A DNA stretch of 64,000 nt. Origin: Methylotenera oryzisoli (GTDB lineage: Bacteria; Pseudomonadota; Gammaproteobacteria; Burkholderiales; Methylophilaceae). Every line of letters starts with the position of its first letter. Within the stretch, counting starts at the first letter, position 1. The stretch spans positions 183,481 to 247,480 of the forward strand of contig CAMDTL010000001.1 in NCBI GenBank assembly GCA_945907735.1, given 5' to 3'. The position numbers and the translations under genes were made by a program. This document shows positions 49,760 to 60,952 of this stretch, in pieces. The notes under the pieces are model-generated. The model made no database searches and was not told the DNA's origin. It saw only the letters and a program-made list of their open reading frames with translations.

Positions 49760-50347
49760 ATGATCTGGAACGTACCTAATATTTTAACCGTGCTGCGCAT
49801 CGCACTCATTCCTGTGTTCGTGGGCATTTTTTATTTGCCGAACGACAAAGCGAGCCTCGCGACGATTCCTGCGCATTGGGTGAATGTTACTGTAGCTGCT
49901 GTGTTTGCGCTGGCGGCGTTTACCGATTGGTTAGATGGTTTTTTGGCGCGCAAATTTAATCAAACCAGTAATTTTGGTGCGTTTTTAGACCCTGTAGCCG
50001 ATAAATTGATGGTGGCAGCCGCGCTGATTGTTTTGGTCGAATTTGAACGTGTCGGCGCAGTGATTGCGCTGATTATTATTGGTCGAGAAATTGCCATTAG
50101 CGCCCTGCGCGAATGGATGGCAGGCTTGGGCGAGGCTGGCAGCGTGGCGGTGGCGCAAATTGGAAAAATTAAAACGGTGGTGCAAATGCTGGCGATTGAA
50201 TTGCTTTTGTACTGGGATAACATTGGCGGGTTTAATACCAAGTTAGTGGGGCGCATTTTAATTATTTTAGCGGCGTTTTTAACTTTGCTATCAATGGCTT
50301 ATTATTTAAAAGCGGCGTGGCCAGCAATTAAAAAATCCACCCATTAA
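49760..50347 (+). CDS. pgsA: CDP-diacylglycerol--glycerol-3-phosphate 3-phosphatidyltransferase
   Basis: PNILT; DWLDGFLARK..GAFLDPVADK; uvrC-pgsA-tRNA synteny. Confidence 0.95.
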   Translation: MIWNVPNILTVLRIALIPVFVGIFYLPNDKASLATIPAHWVNVTVAAVFALAAFTDWLDGFLARKFNQTSNFGAFLDPVADKLMVAAALIVLVEFERVGAVIALIIIGREIAISALREWMAGLGEAGSVAVAQIGKIKTVVQMLAIELLLYWDNIGGFNTKLVGRILIILAAFLTLLSMAYYLKAAWPAIKKSTH

Positions 50348-50401
50348 ATTTTGGATAAAAATAGTTGGCAATAATATTATTTGAAATAAGAGGTTTCTAC
50401 C

Positions 50402-50429
50402 TTGACACCCGCCCAAAAATCGCTAAAAT
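50402..50429 (+). promoter_or_regulatory. Sigma70 promoter of the tRNA operon
   Basis: TTGACA-16 nt-TAAAAT. Confidence 0.75.
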
Positions 50430-50443
50430 GCTCGCTTCTTAAC

Positions 50444-50519
50444 GCGGGAATAGCTCAGCTGGTAGAGCGCAACCTTGCCAAGGTTGAGGTCGCGAGTTCG
50501 AGCCTCGTTTCCCGCTCCA
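50444..50519 (+). tRNA. tRNA-Gly (GCC)
   Basis: gcgggaatagctcagctggtagagcgcaaccttGCCaaggttg...gttcgagcctcgtttcccgctcca; 76 nt with CCA. Confidence 0.97.
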
Positions 50520-50609
50520 TAAAATTTATTGTAAAATAAATTTCGTTAGGTAACACTGTAACGGCGATTGCAATCATGCTTTCGCCGTTTTAGTTTTAGC
50601 CTTAACAAA

Positions 50610-50683
50610 GGCGCGATAGCAAAGCGGTTATGCCGCGGCCTGCAAAGCCGTTTAGACCAGTTCGACTCTGGTTCGCGCCTCCA
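50610..50683 (+). tRNA. tRNA-Cys (GCA)
   Basis: ggcgcgatagcaaagcggttatgccgcggcctGCAaagccg...gttcgactctggttcgcgcctcca; 74 nt. Confidence 0.95.
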
Positions 50684-50830
50684 CAACCCCTAAAATCGAC
50701 AAAATCTGTTGTTTTACGCTTATTACATTTCGCGCATTGAAATTGTTCGGTGGCTGATTCTACTTATAAATGCAATCTTTTGGTAGGGAGTTACCTACTC
50801 ACCTCATACTGTATCGTGTATGCTTAAGGC

Positions 50831-51607
50831 ATGACACCGACCCTCGTTTTTGACATCGAAACTATCCCCGATACCGCTGGCTTGCGCGCCTTGCTGGATG
50901 TTCCTGCTGGAGCATTGGATGAAGATATTGCCAACATCGCTTTTCATCAGCGCCGTCAGCACAACGGCAGTGATTTTCTGCCTTTGCAGCAGCATCGCGT
51001 GTGCGCTATTAGCTGTGCGCTACGTGAAGGCAATTACTTTAAAGTATGGAGTTTGGGTGAAAAAGACGCGTCTGAGAAAGAAATTATCCAGCGCTTTTTT
51101 GACGGTATTGAGAAATATACACCGCAAATCATCTCGTGGAACGGTGGCGGATTCGACCTGCCCGTGCTGCATTATCGCGCCATGATTAACAAAGTACAAG
51201 CGCCCCGCTATTGGGATTTAGGCGAGGACGACAAGGACTTTAAATGGAACAGTTACATCAGTCGCTACCATACGCGGCATTTGGATTTAATGGATTTGCT
51301 GGCACTGTATAACGCGCGTGCTAATGCACCACTGGATGATTTGGCCAAGTTGTGCGGCTTTCCAGGTAAATTGGGCATGGACGGCAGCAAGGTATGGGAT
51401 GCCTATAAGGCGGGAAAAATTGAAGAAATCCGCAATTATTGTGAAACCGATGTGACCAACACGCATTTGGTGTATTTGCGCTTTCAACTCATGCGTGGAC
51501 ATCTCACCCAAACTGCCTATGACGCTGAAATTGAGCTGGTGCGCGAGACTTTAAGCACTTATCCAGCCACACACTGGCACGAATTTTTAGCGGCTTGGAA
51601 GGCTTAA
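50831..51607 (+). CDS. PolB-like 3'-5' exonuclease
   Basis: VFDIETIPD; SWNGGGFDLP; YCETD (DEDDy). Confidence 0.9.
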   Translation: MTPTLVFDIETIPDTAGLRALLDVPAGALDEDIANIAFHQRRQHNGSDFLPLQQHRVCAISCALREGNYFKVWSLGEKDASEKEIIQRFFDGIEKYTPQIISWNGGGFDLPVLHYRAMINKVQAPRYWDLGEDDKDFKWNSYISRYHTRHLDLMDLLALYNARANAPLDDLAKLCGFPGKLGMDGSKVWDAYKAGKIEEIRNYCETDVTNTHLVYLRFQLMRGHLTQTAYDAEIELVRETLSTYPATHWHEFLAAWKA

Positions 51608-51706
51608 CTTAGCCACTAAAATTTACTGGGCAGAAGTTGTTCTGCTGGCTTAGGCTTGCCTTCAATAATGCATGACATCCTAAAATGCTTGATTCTAGAG
51701 AAAGCG

Positions 51707-52666
51707 TTATTGTTTGCTTTCATTTGTCGTTGTTTTTTGTTCATAATCTTCATACGCGTTAATAATCTTTTGCACCAACGGATGCCGCACCACATCGGCC
51801 GATAAAAATTGTGTAAATGCCAATCCTTTTACATTTTTTAAGATTTTTTGCGCTTCTACCAAGCCGCTTTTTTGATGTTTTTGCAAGTCAATCTGCGTTA
51901 CATCACCCGTAATCACAGCTTTGGTGCCAAATCCAATGCGGGTTAAAAACATTTTCATTTGCTCAGGCGTGGTGTTTTGCGCCTCATCCAAAATAATAAA
52001 GCTTTGGTTGAGCGTACGTCCGCGCATGTAAGCCAGTGGAGCGACCTCTATCGCGCCGCGCTCAAACATTTTGTTCACCGCGTCATAGCCCGCCAAATCA
52101 TACAGCGCGTCATACAGCGGCCGCAAATACGGATCCACTTTTTGGTTTAAATCACCAGGCAAAAAGCCCAACCGCTCGCCCGCCTCAACCGCGGGGCGCA
52201 CTAGCACAATTTTTTTAATGCGGTCACGCGTCATCGCATCCACCGCGCTGGCCACCGCTAAATACGTCTTGCCCGTGCCAGCAGGGCCAATGCCGAAAGT
52301 GACATCATGCTCTTGAATTTGCTGCAAATACTCAACCTGCCTAGGCGTGCGGCCATGTAAATCGCCACGTCTCGTCATTAAAATTGGCATCGCAGAACTG
52401 ACATCTTCAGGCTTCAGTTTATCGATTTCCACCAAGCCTAATTGCACATCTTCTAGCGCGAACGGCTTTCTAGCACGCACGTAAAAATTCTCGATCAGCT
52501 GGGCTGCAAGCCGCATATTATCTATTGTTCCGCTGATATTAAACGTGCTGCCGCGACGGTTAATATTCACCTCAAGTGCGGTTTCAATTTGCTTGATATT
52601 TTCATCCAGCGCGCCACACAAATTGGCAAGGCGGACGTTGTCTTCGGGCTGTAGGGTAATTTCCAT
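51707..52666 (-). CDS. PhoH-family ATPase (YbeZ-like)
   Basis: GPAGTGKT; RPAVEAGE; YMRGRTL; DEAQN. Confidence 0.93.
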   Translation of the reverse strand: MEITLQPEDNVRLANLCGALDENIKQIETALEVNINRRGSTFNISGTIDNMRLAAQLIENFYVRARKPFALEDVQLGLVEIDKLKPEDVSSAMPILMTRRGDLHGRTPRQVEYLQQIQEHDVTFGIGPAGTGKTYLAVASAVDAMTRDRIKKIVLVRPAVEAGERLGFLPGDLNQKVDPYLRPLYDALYDLAGYDAVNKMFERGAIEVAPLAYMRGRTLNQSFIILDEAQNTTPEQMKMFLTRIGFGTKAVITGDVTQIDLQKHQKSGLVEAQKILKNVKGLAFTQFLSADVVRHPLVQKIINAYEDYEQKTTTNESKQ

Positions 52667-53997
52667 CAGTGAATTATCTTGCCTGTTAAGCGTTTCGGGT
52701 TGCTCACGTCGGTGATTTTGACGTTGACAAATTGGTGGATTAAATTCGCTTCGCCCGACATATCAACAACTCTATTATTATCAGTTTTGCCAGCAAGTAA
52801 AGTTGCGTTTTTCCATGATGCGCCCTCAATTAACACACGCTGTATTGTGCCAAGCATGGCTTGTGAGATGGCTTTGGCTTGCGCCTCATTGATACTTTGA
52901 AGTTTAGCGAGACGCGTTAATTTAGTGGCTTGTGGTGTATCGTCTTTAATAAAAGCAGCGGGCGTACCAGGGCGTGGGCTATACAAAAAGCTAAAGCTGG
53001 CATCAAACCCCACGTCTTGCATCAGCTTAACCGTGGCCTCAAAATCAGCTTCTGTTTCACCTGGAAAGCCAATAATAAAATCCGAAGTGAAGGTTAAATT
53101 TGGGTTGGCGGCTTTTAGTTTGCGAATAATGGATTTGTATTGCAGCGCGGTGTAATTGCGCTTCATTGCCATTAAAATGCGGTCAGAACCCGCTTGCACA
53201 GGCAGATGTAGCTGAAGCGCTAATTTCGACACACTCGCAAAACAAGCAATTAATCGCTCGTTCATCTCGTTCGGGTGGCTGGTGGTAAAGCGAATACGCT
53301 CAATCTGCGGAATTTCGGCAATCGTCTCAATGAGCATCGCCAAATCGGCTTCCACGCCTTCAAATTCTGCTCTGTAAGCATTCACGTTTTGCCCTAAAAG
53401 GGTGATTTCCTTTACGCCAGCATCAGCTAATTGTGCGGCTTCCAGCAATATATCTGCAAATGGGCGCGACACTTCTTCACCACGTGTATAAGGCACTACG
53501 CAAAAGCTACAATATTTGCTGCAACCTTCCATAATGCTTAAAAAGGCGCTCGCACCTTCCACGCGCGGCGGTGGCAAATGATCAAATTTTTCAATTTCTG
53601 GAAAAGAAATATCCACTTGAGACTTACCAGAGGTTTGGCTATTTTTAATCATCTCGGGCAAGTGGTGTAAGGTTTGCGGGCCAAACACCACATCCACATA
53701 CGGTGCGCGTTTGATGATGTTATTGCCTTCTTGACTCGCGACGCAACCGCCTACACCAATGATTAACTTAGGATTTTTTAGTTTGAGCGGGATAAAGCGC
53801 CCAAGGTGGCTAAACACTTTTTCTTCGGCTTTTTCGCGCACCGAGCAGGTGTTGAGCAAAATTACATCGGCATCCTCAGGCGTTTGTGTTTCTATCATGC
53901 CGTCATGCGCATACAACAAATCCGCCATGCGCGACGAATCGTATTCGTTCATTTGGCAGCCGAAGGTTTTAATAAAGACTTTTTTAGTTGGATTCAA
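52666..53997 (-). CDS. miaB: tRNA methylthiotransferase
   Basis: [11 protein letters not shown]; NTCSVREKA; CSKYCSFC; TRAM domain. Confidence 0.97.
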   Translation of the reverse strand: MNPTKKVFIKTFGCQMNEYDSSRMADLLYAHDGMIETQTPEDADVILLNTCSVREKAEEKVFSHLGRFIPLKLKNPKLIIGVGGCVASQEGNNIIKRAPYVDVVFGPQTLHHLPEMIKNSQTSGKSQVDISFPEIEKFDHLPPPRVEGASAFLSIMEGCSKYCSFCVVPYTRGEEVSRPFADILLEAAQLADAGVKEITLLGQNVNAYRAEFEGVEADLAMLIETIAEIPQIERIRFTTSHPNEMNERLIACFASVSKLALQLHLPVQAGSDRILMAMKRNYTALQYKSIIRKLKAANPNLTFTSDFIIGFPGETEADFEATVKLMQDVGFDASFSFLYSPRPGTPAAFIKDDTPQATKLTRLAKLQSINEAQAKAISQAMLGTIQRVLIEGASWKNATLLAGKTDNNRVVDMSGEANLIHQFVNVKITDVSNPKRLTGKIIH

Positions 53998-54084
53998 AGT
54001 TAACGCACTAATTTTTAAAGCGTAATTTTAGCGTATTTGGGTTGTAGCGGGTAAAATAGACTAAACCTTAAAACAGAATATGCC

Positions 54085-55467
54085 ATGCAAGCACTCCCCA
54101 TTTTTTTTAGTATCAAAAATCGTCACTGCGTGGTGATTGGCGGCGGCGATGTTGCGACGCGTAAAGTGACCATGTTGCTAAAAGCGTATGCGGCGATTAC
54201 CTTGTATTCGCCCGAAATTTGCCATGAGCTGCAAGATTTAGTTGATGCAAAAAAACTAAAATACGTAAAAGCTAACTTTGTAGAAAATCAGCTACAAGAC
54301 GCATGCTTAGTGATTGCGGCGACAGATGATGAGGCGGTGAATATTGCGGTTTCAGTGGCGGCTAAGGCGAAAAATATTCCTGTGAATGTGGTGGATGCGC
54401 CTGATTTATGCACGTTCACCATGGGATCGATTATCGACCGCAGTCCTGTGGTAATTGCGATTTCATCTGAGGGCAATGCACCCGTGTTGGCGCGCTATAT
54501 TCGTACCAAAATTGAAACGATGTTGCCTGCAGGCTACGGACGTATCGCCGCGATTGCAGGAGAGTTTCGTGAGCAAGTGAAAGAAAAATTTGCGACTACT
54601 CAATTGCGACGTCGTTTTTGGGAAAATGTGTTGCAAGGCCCAATGGTAGAGCGGGTGCTGGCAGGCCAAGAACAAACCGCGCGCGAGCTATTAAGTAATT
54701 TAATTCATGATGCTGACAGCACTAAAAACCAAGGGGAAGTTTTTTTAGTAGGTGGTGGCCCAGGAGATCCAGATTTATTAACTTTCAGAGCATTGCGTTT
54801 AATGCAAATGTGTGATGTTTGTGTGTATGATAAATTGGTGAGCTCTGAGGTAGTGGCACTGGTGCGGCGCGATGCGGAGTTAATTTTTGTAGGAAAATCG
54901 CGCGATCAGCACACCATGCCGCAAGAGGAAATTAATGCATTACTGGCTAAATTGGCGCTCCAAGGCAAGCGAGTATTGCGTCTTAAGGGCGGCGATCCGT
55001 TTATTTTTGGGCGTGGTGGCGAAGAAATTGAAACCTTAATGCAGCATGGCATTCCGTTTCAAGTAGTGCCTGGCATTACGGCTGCCAATGGCGTTTCTAG
55101 CTACGCAGGTATTCCATTAACACATAGAGATTATGCGCAAGCTTGTTTGTTTATTACTGGGCATCTCAAAGATGGCACGCTCGATTTAGATTGGGTCGCC
55201 ATGAGCCGCCCACGCCAGACGGTAGTGATTTACATGGGCTTGGTTGGTCTGAAGGATATTTGCGAAAAATTGATTGCGCATGGCGTATCTGCTAGTATGA
55301 CTGCGGCTGTTGTACAACAAGGCACGACGCAGCGGCAAAAAGTGGTGACGGCCACTTTGGCAGATTTGGCTGAAAAAGTCGCCGTAGCGGAATTGAAGCC
55401 ACCATGTTTGACGATTATTGGCGAGGTGGTGAAATTGCGTGCAACTTTAAACTGGTTTAACCCATAA
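54085..55467 (+). CDS. cysG: Siroheme synthase
   Basis: GGGDVA.RK dehydrogenase domain; VGGGPGDPDLLT; LKGGDPFIFGRGGEE. Confidence 0.95.
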   Translation: MQALPIFFSIKNRHCVVIGGGDVATRKVTMLLKAYAAITLYSPEICHELQDLVDAKKLKYVKANFVENQLQDACLVIAATDDEAVNIAVSVAAKAKNIPVNVVDAPDLCTFTMGSIIDRSPVVIAISSEGNAPVLARYIRTKIETMLPAGYGRIAAIAGEFREQVKEKFATTQLRRRFWENVLQGPMVERVLAGQEQTARELLSNLIHDADSTKNQGEVFLVGGGPGDPDLLTFRALRLMQMCDVCVYDKLVSSEVVALVRRDAELIFVGKSRDQHTMPQEEINALLAKLALQGKRVLRLKGGDPFIFGRGGEEIETLMQHGIPFQVVPGITAANGVSSYAGIPLTHRDYAQACLFITGHLKDGTLDLDWVAMSRPRQTVVIYMGLVGLKDICEKLIAHGVSASMTAAVVQQGTTQRQKVVTATLADLAEKVAVAELKPPCLTIIGEVVKLRATLNWFNP

Positions 55468-55498
55468 GAAACTGGTTTTATGTAGCCTAAACTTGGCT
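55449..55498 (+). repeat. 20-bp-period degenerate echo of the cysG 3' end
   Basis: aaactggttt (55449), aaactggttt (55469), aaacttggct (55489). Confidence 0.5.
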
Positions 55499-55531
55499 GA
55501 AATTATCCTGCTTGGGGATGGAAATATCAAG

Positions 55532-56836
55532 CTATATTGGCAAGGTTAATCGCGCTTCCAAACCGCCTTCTGGGCGGTTAATTAACGCTAGGCTACCACG
55601 GTGTAATTTGGCAATGCGGTTGCAAATCGCTAAGCCTAAGCCGCTACCGCCTTCATTCTTGTTGCGTGCGCTATCCAAGCGTTCAAACGGACGCAGCAGT
55701 CGTTCAGCGTGTTCTGGCGGTATTCCTGGGCCATTATCCAACACGCTGATCACAATATTTTCAGCCGTAATTTTACTTACCACCTCTACTTTTCCCTTAG
55801 CGTAGGCATACGCATTGCCGACCAAATTATCCAGCAGGCGCTGCATGGCAAGCGGGCGCAATGCAATACAATAAGTGTTGCTAAGCGTTAATTTAAGGTC
55901 ACGTCCAGCACGCGTTTGGCGCTCTGCCAGCGCTTGCAAAAGCGAGTTGATGTCCATCATTTTGGTTGGTTCACCTTCTACGCCGCGCACAAAATCTAAA
56001 AATTGATGAATGATATTGTCCATGTCGGCAATGTCTTCCACCATGCCGGATTTTAAGTTTTCGCAACTTTCATCTGGCAACAATTCAACCGCAATGCGCA
56101 GTCTTGCCAGTGGCGTGCGAATATCGTGCGACACGCCTGCCAGCAGCAAAGTGCGCTCGCTATCAAGCCGCACCAGCGCTTCGGCCATTTCGTTAAATGT
56201 TTTACTCACTTGTTGTAGCTCGTCCATGCTGTCTTCTGGCAGTCGTGGCGCGGGTTCGCCGCGGCGTAATCTATCTGCTGCGTACACCAGCAAACTCAGC
56301 GGTCGATTGATGCGTGAGGCAATTAAATAAGCACCAAGTAATGATAACAAACCGATTAGTGCACCCCACCATAGCCAGTGCCAGGGGAATGGTCTATCCA
56401 CTTGGATTTTTGGGATAACCACCCAAAAATCGTCTTGCTCTACGTTAAAGCTAATCCAAAGGCCGGGAATGCCGTAATGATTCACGGTGATGATAGTTTC
56501 TACGCCCAATCGCTCGCGGATTTTATCGGCGATTAAGTTGATGAATGGATCGTTCGGAAGCGGTTCGATATCCTCTAGGAAATCGGCTACATAAACACGT
56601 ACGCCTTCGCGCCCAGAAAGCTCTGTAAGCAAGGCCAGGCGACGACTTTCGTGAGACGCGATAAGTGATGCGCGCGTGTAATTGACGATGGTAACGGCTT
56701 GCAGCGCAGCCGTGGTGGCGCGTGGTTCGCGATCGAAATAATCGAAAATTTTAAGCGATGCGTAAATACTTATCGCCAACAATAAGGCAATAAGTAGCAT
56801 CAAACGAGAGATTAGAGAGCGTGGTAAGTACTTCAA
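55532..56836 (-). CDS. EnvZ/RisS-like sensor histidine kinase (start uncertain)
   Basis: Two TMs; HAMP; GVSHDIRTPL H-box; NLVGNA; DNGPG; GSGLGL. Confidence 0.9.
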   Translation of the reverse strand: MKYLPRSLISRLMLLIALLLAISIYASLKIFDYFDREPRATTAALQAVTIVNYTRASLIASHESRRLALLTELSGREGVRVYVADFLEDIEPLPNDPFINLIADKIRERLGVETIITVNHYGIPGLWISFNVEQDDFWVVIPKIQVDRPFPWHWLWWGALIGLLSLLGAYLIASRINRPLSLLVYAADRLRRGEPAPRLPEDSMDELQQVSKTFNEMAEALVRLDSERTLLLAGVSHDIRTPLARLRIAVELLPDESCENLKSGMVEDIADMDNIIHQFLDFVRGVEGEPTKMMDINSLLQALAERQTRAGRDLKLTLSNTYCIALRPLAMQRLLDNLVGNAYAYAKGKVEVVSKITAENIVISVLDNGPGIPPEHAERLLRPFERLDSARNKNEGGSGLGLAICNRIAKLHRGSLALINRPEGGLEARLTLPI

Positions 56837-56853
56837 TGGGTGCTTATTTGATT

Positions 56854-57579
56854 TTAGTGCGCAGTTTCGCCATCGGGAATGAACACGTAGCCAAACCCCC
56901 ACATGGTTTGCAAATAACGTGGATGCGCAGGATCGGGTTCGATAATGCGACGCAAGCGCGAGACTTGTACATCGATGCTGCGATCAAACACATCCAGTTC
57001 GCGGCCGCGCGCGAGCTGCATGAGCCTATCGCGCGAGAGCGGTTGCCGCGGACGCTCGGTAAATACTTTAAGTAGCGCGAACTCGCCACTAGTGATGGCA
57101 ATCTGCATGCCATTTTTACTTAAACTACGCGTAGCAGGATCGAACACGAACTCACCAAAATTAAAGGCATCCGATGTGCCCGTATTTTCTTCCGCTGGAC
57201 TATGCTCGTGGCGGCGCATTACCGCATTAATGCGCGCCAACAGCTCGCGCGGGTTAAAGGGCTTGGGCAAATAATCATCTGCGCCCATTTCTAGGCCGAT
57301 AATTCTATCGACTTCGTCCCCGCGTGCGGTGAGCATAATAATGGGTGTGCTCACATTATTGCCACGTAAGCGGCGGCAAATGGTTAAGCCATCTTCACCC
57401 GGTAGCATTAAATCTAACACCAACAAATCATAACTATCGGCACTCAGTGCGGCATCCATTTCTTTAGCATCTGCGACAGTTTTAATGTTAAAACCTTGCT
57501 CCGTAAGATAGCGCTGCAACAGCTCACGCATGCGCACATCATCATCCACCATAAGTATTTTTTTGCTGGTTTCAGCCAT
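56854..57579 (-). CDS. ompR: OmpR-family response regulator
   Basis: LDLMLPGEDG; GADDYLPKPF; FDRSIDVQVSRLR. Confidence 0.88.
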   Translation of the reverse strand: MAETSKKILMVDDDVRMRELLQRYLTEQGFNIKTVADAKEMDAALSADSYDLLVLDLMLPGEDGLTICRRLRGNNVSTPIIMLTARGDEVDRIIGLEMGADDYLPKPFNPRELLARINAVMRRHEHSPAEENTGTSDAFNFGEFVFDPATRSLSKNGMQIAITSGEFALLKVFTERPRQPLSRDRLMQLARGRELDVFDRSIDVQVSRLRRIIEPDPAHPRYLQTMWGFGYVFIPDGETAH

Positions 57580-57720
57580 CGCCTAAACTTTCATATGCTT
57601 AAGTAGTAATATTGAATTAATGATTATTTAGAGTAGTATATGTTTTAAGAATTAATAAATCTAGAAAACAAAAGACTTTTATGCGTCCAATTGCATCTAA
57701 AAAGCAAAATAAGCAACCAA

Positions 57721-57768
57721 TTACAATTTGTTACAATTAACCAGCGTTATGAAACATTACATTTACAA
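57721..57768 (+). promoter_or_regulatory. OmpR-like tandem binding boxes
   Basis: ttacaat direct repeat with 10-bp period (57721, 57731); gaaacat-tacat-ttacaa; in the ompR/EF-hand divergent spacer. Confidence 0.5.
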
Positions 57769-57825
57769 CCATGACTCAAGATAACCAGCTCTGTTTAACA
57801 TGAGAATTAGCGGCTAAGCTAACAG

Positions 57826-58404
57826 ATGTATCTACAAAATCCATTTACTGCTACAAAAATTGCCTCATTTTTTTTATTATGGCTAGTCGTTGCCATGCCA
57901 GTACTCGCGGGTGGTAAAAACACTTTGGTGGACGATGGAGATACCAAAGATTTGGCAGTAGACAATAATGAAATAGGCTTTGAACAAACCATTGAACATA
58001 ATTTCAGCCCTGATGACCGTGCCCGTTTACGCAAAGCGCTGGCGGATTATGCAAAATCGACCGACCCAGAGCATGAGCAAATCGAGCTTAGACGCAAAGC
58101 GATGAAAGACAGCGTAGAAGCACGATTTAATGGTTGCGATAAAGATGCAGATGATTCAATTGACCGTGAAGAAGCCACCCAGTGTTTACCCCAAATTGCG
58201 CGACGTTTTGGTGCGGTAGATATTGATGAAGACGGATTCATTACCTTAGATGAGCTTGAGTTGGCGCAGGCAAAAACGATAGAACGTCAAAAAGCGGCAG
58301 AAGCCAAAATGGAAGCACAAAAAATTCAAGCGGCTGAAGCGGCCATTAAAAGTAAAACCAAAATTAACAAGCAAGCCGCTAACACCCGCAAACGTCCTAG
58401 CTAG
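57826..58404 (+). CDS. Secreted two-EF-hand protein with a charged helical tail
   Basis: Signal peptide ending VLA; loops DKDADDSIDREE and DIDEDGFITLDE. Confidence 0.75.
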   Translation: MYLQNPFTATKIASFFLLWLVVAMPVLAGGKNTLVDDGDTKDLAVDNNEIGFEQTIEHNFSPDDRARLRKALADYAKSTDPEHEQIELRRKAMKDSVEARFNGCDKDADDSIDREEATQCLPQIARRFGAVDIDEDGFITLDELELAQAKTIERQKAAEAKMEAQKIQAAEAAIKSKTKINKQAANTRKRPS

Positions 58405-58467
58405 TTTTTCAGCAAGCCTTTCTTTATACATCTTGATTTTTTGAGCGCATAAGCTCAAAGTGTTTTT

Positions 58468-59613
58468 ATGTTGCCAGTAGCATATTCCGTAGAGATTATC
58501 ACCAGTTTTAATGATGTGCTTGCTACAGATTGGGACGCGCTCACAGATGGCACGCCATTGTTAAGCCACGCATTTTTAAGCGCGCTCGAAAATACGCACT
58601 GCGTGGGCACCGGCACCGGGTGGAGTCCGCATCCAATCATCGTGAAGCAAGGCGAAAAATTGCTTGGTGCCATGCCGCTTTATTTAAAGAGCCATTCGTA
58701 TGGCGAATATGTATTCGATTGGGCTTGGGCAGATGCCTATCAACGTGGCGGCTTAGATTATTATCCTAAATTATTGGCGGCGATTCCATTTTCTCCCATC
58801 ACCAGCGCGCGCTTATTAAGTAAAAGGGTGGAGACGCAATTGCTGATGATAGAAGCCTTAGAAAATGCGCTCCACAGCAACCAGCTTTCTAGCGCGCACG
58901 TATTATTTCCTGATGAAGCGAGCGCTCAACATTTTGAAGCGGCGGGTTGGCTAAAAAGACATGGCGTGCAATTTAGATGGCAGAATAAAAATTACGCAAA
59001 TTTTGAAGAATTTTTAGCGACTTTAAGTCACAATAAACGTAAAAAAATTCACCAGGAACGTAAAAAAATACAAAATGTGGGCGTGACGTGCAAGTGGATT
59101 AAAGGCGATGAAATCACAGAAAGTGCTTGGGATTTTTTCTATCAATGTTATAGCAACACCTATCGTGAGCATCACGCTACGCCGTATTTAACGCGCGCAT
59201 TTTTTAGCGAAATTGGGAAAAATATGCCACAACATATTTTGCTCATGGTGGCGGAAATTGACGGCAAAGCGATTGCCAGCACGCTAAATATTGTTAGTCA
59301 AAGCACGCTGTATGGCCGCTATTGGGGCGCCACGCAATTTGTATCAGGCTTGCATTTTGAGCTTTGTTATTATCAAGCGCAAATGTTTTGTATTGCAGAA
59401 AAAATTACCTATTTTGAGGGTGGCGCGCAAGGCGAGCACAAGCTTGCGCGTGGCTTTGAACCACGCCCTACATGCTCTTACCATAAAATTGCGCACCCTG
59501 ATTTTGAAGTTGCGATTAAGAAATTTTTGATGCGCGAGACGGATGGCATTGCTGCTTACACCAGCGAGTTGGAAGATCGCGTGCCATTTAAATCAAAGGT
59601 CTTAGGAAGTTAA
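58468..59613 (+). CDS. FemAB-like GNAT protein (DUF482)
   Basis: KSHSYGEYVFDWAWA; YYPKL..PFSP; LYGRYWG; EGGAQGEHKLARG. Confidence 0.88.
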   Translation: MLPVAYSVEIITSFNDVLATDWDALTDGTPLLSHAFLSALENTHCVGTGTGWSPHPIIVKQGEKLLGAMPLYLKSHSYGEYVFDWAWADAYQRGGLDYYPKLLAAIPFSPITSARLLSKRVETQLLMIEALENALHSNQLSSAHVLFPDEASAQHFEAAGWLKRHGVQFRWQNKNYANFEEFLATLSHNKRKKIHQERKKIQNVGVTCKWIKGDEITESAWDFFYQCYSNTYREHHATPYLTRAFFSEIGKNMPQHILLMVAEIDGKAIASTLNIVSQSTLYGRYWGATQFVSGLHFELCYYQAQMFCIAEKITYFEGGAQGEHKLARGFEPRPTCSYHKIAHPDFEVAIKKFLMRETDGIAAYTSELEDRVPFKSKVLGS

Positions 59614-59743
59614 GCAGCATTGACATGGTCTGTTAATAAGCCACTTTTACGGTTGAGCAAGTTGACAGTAAAGATAGGCACCATCAGCTAATCGGTAACG
59701 TCGATATTCCATAGCGGCAAGGACAGCTCCTCTTAGCTACGGC

Positions 59744-60862
<1,119 letters not shown>

Positions 60863-60952
60863 TTAAGCTGATGTTTATCCATAAGATTTTACCATAGGCC
60901 TTTGCTATGCTCAGCGTTTTACGATACATTAGCCCTTTAATCAATTAATTAA

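Noticed and set aside
50444-50830. Genomic island integrated at tRNA-Gly/Cys
   Set aside because: No integrase and no duplicated tRNA 3' end seen; housekeeping genes resume directly.
57826-58404. Calling the EF-hand proteins lanmodulin
   Set aside because: They have one or two loops rather than four and lack the D-P-D signature; kept only as candidate metal binders.
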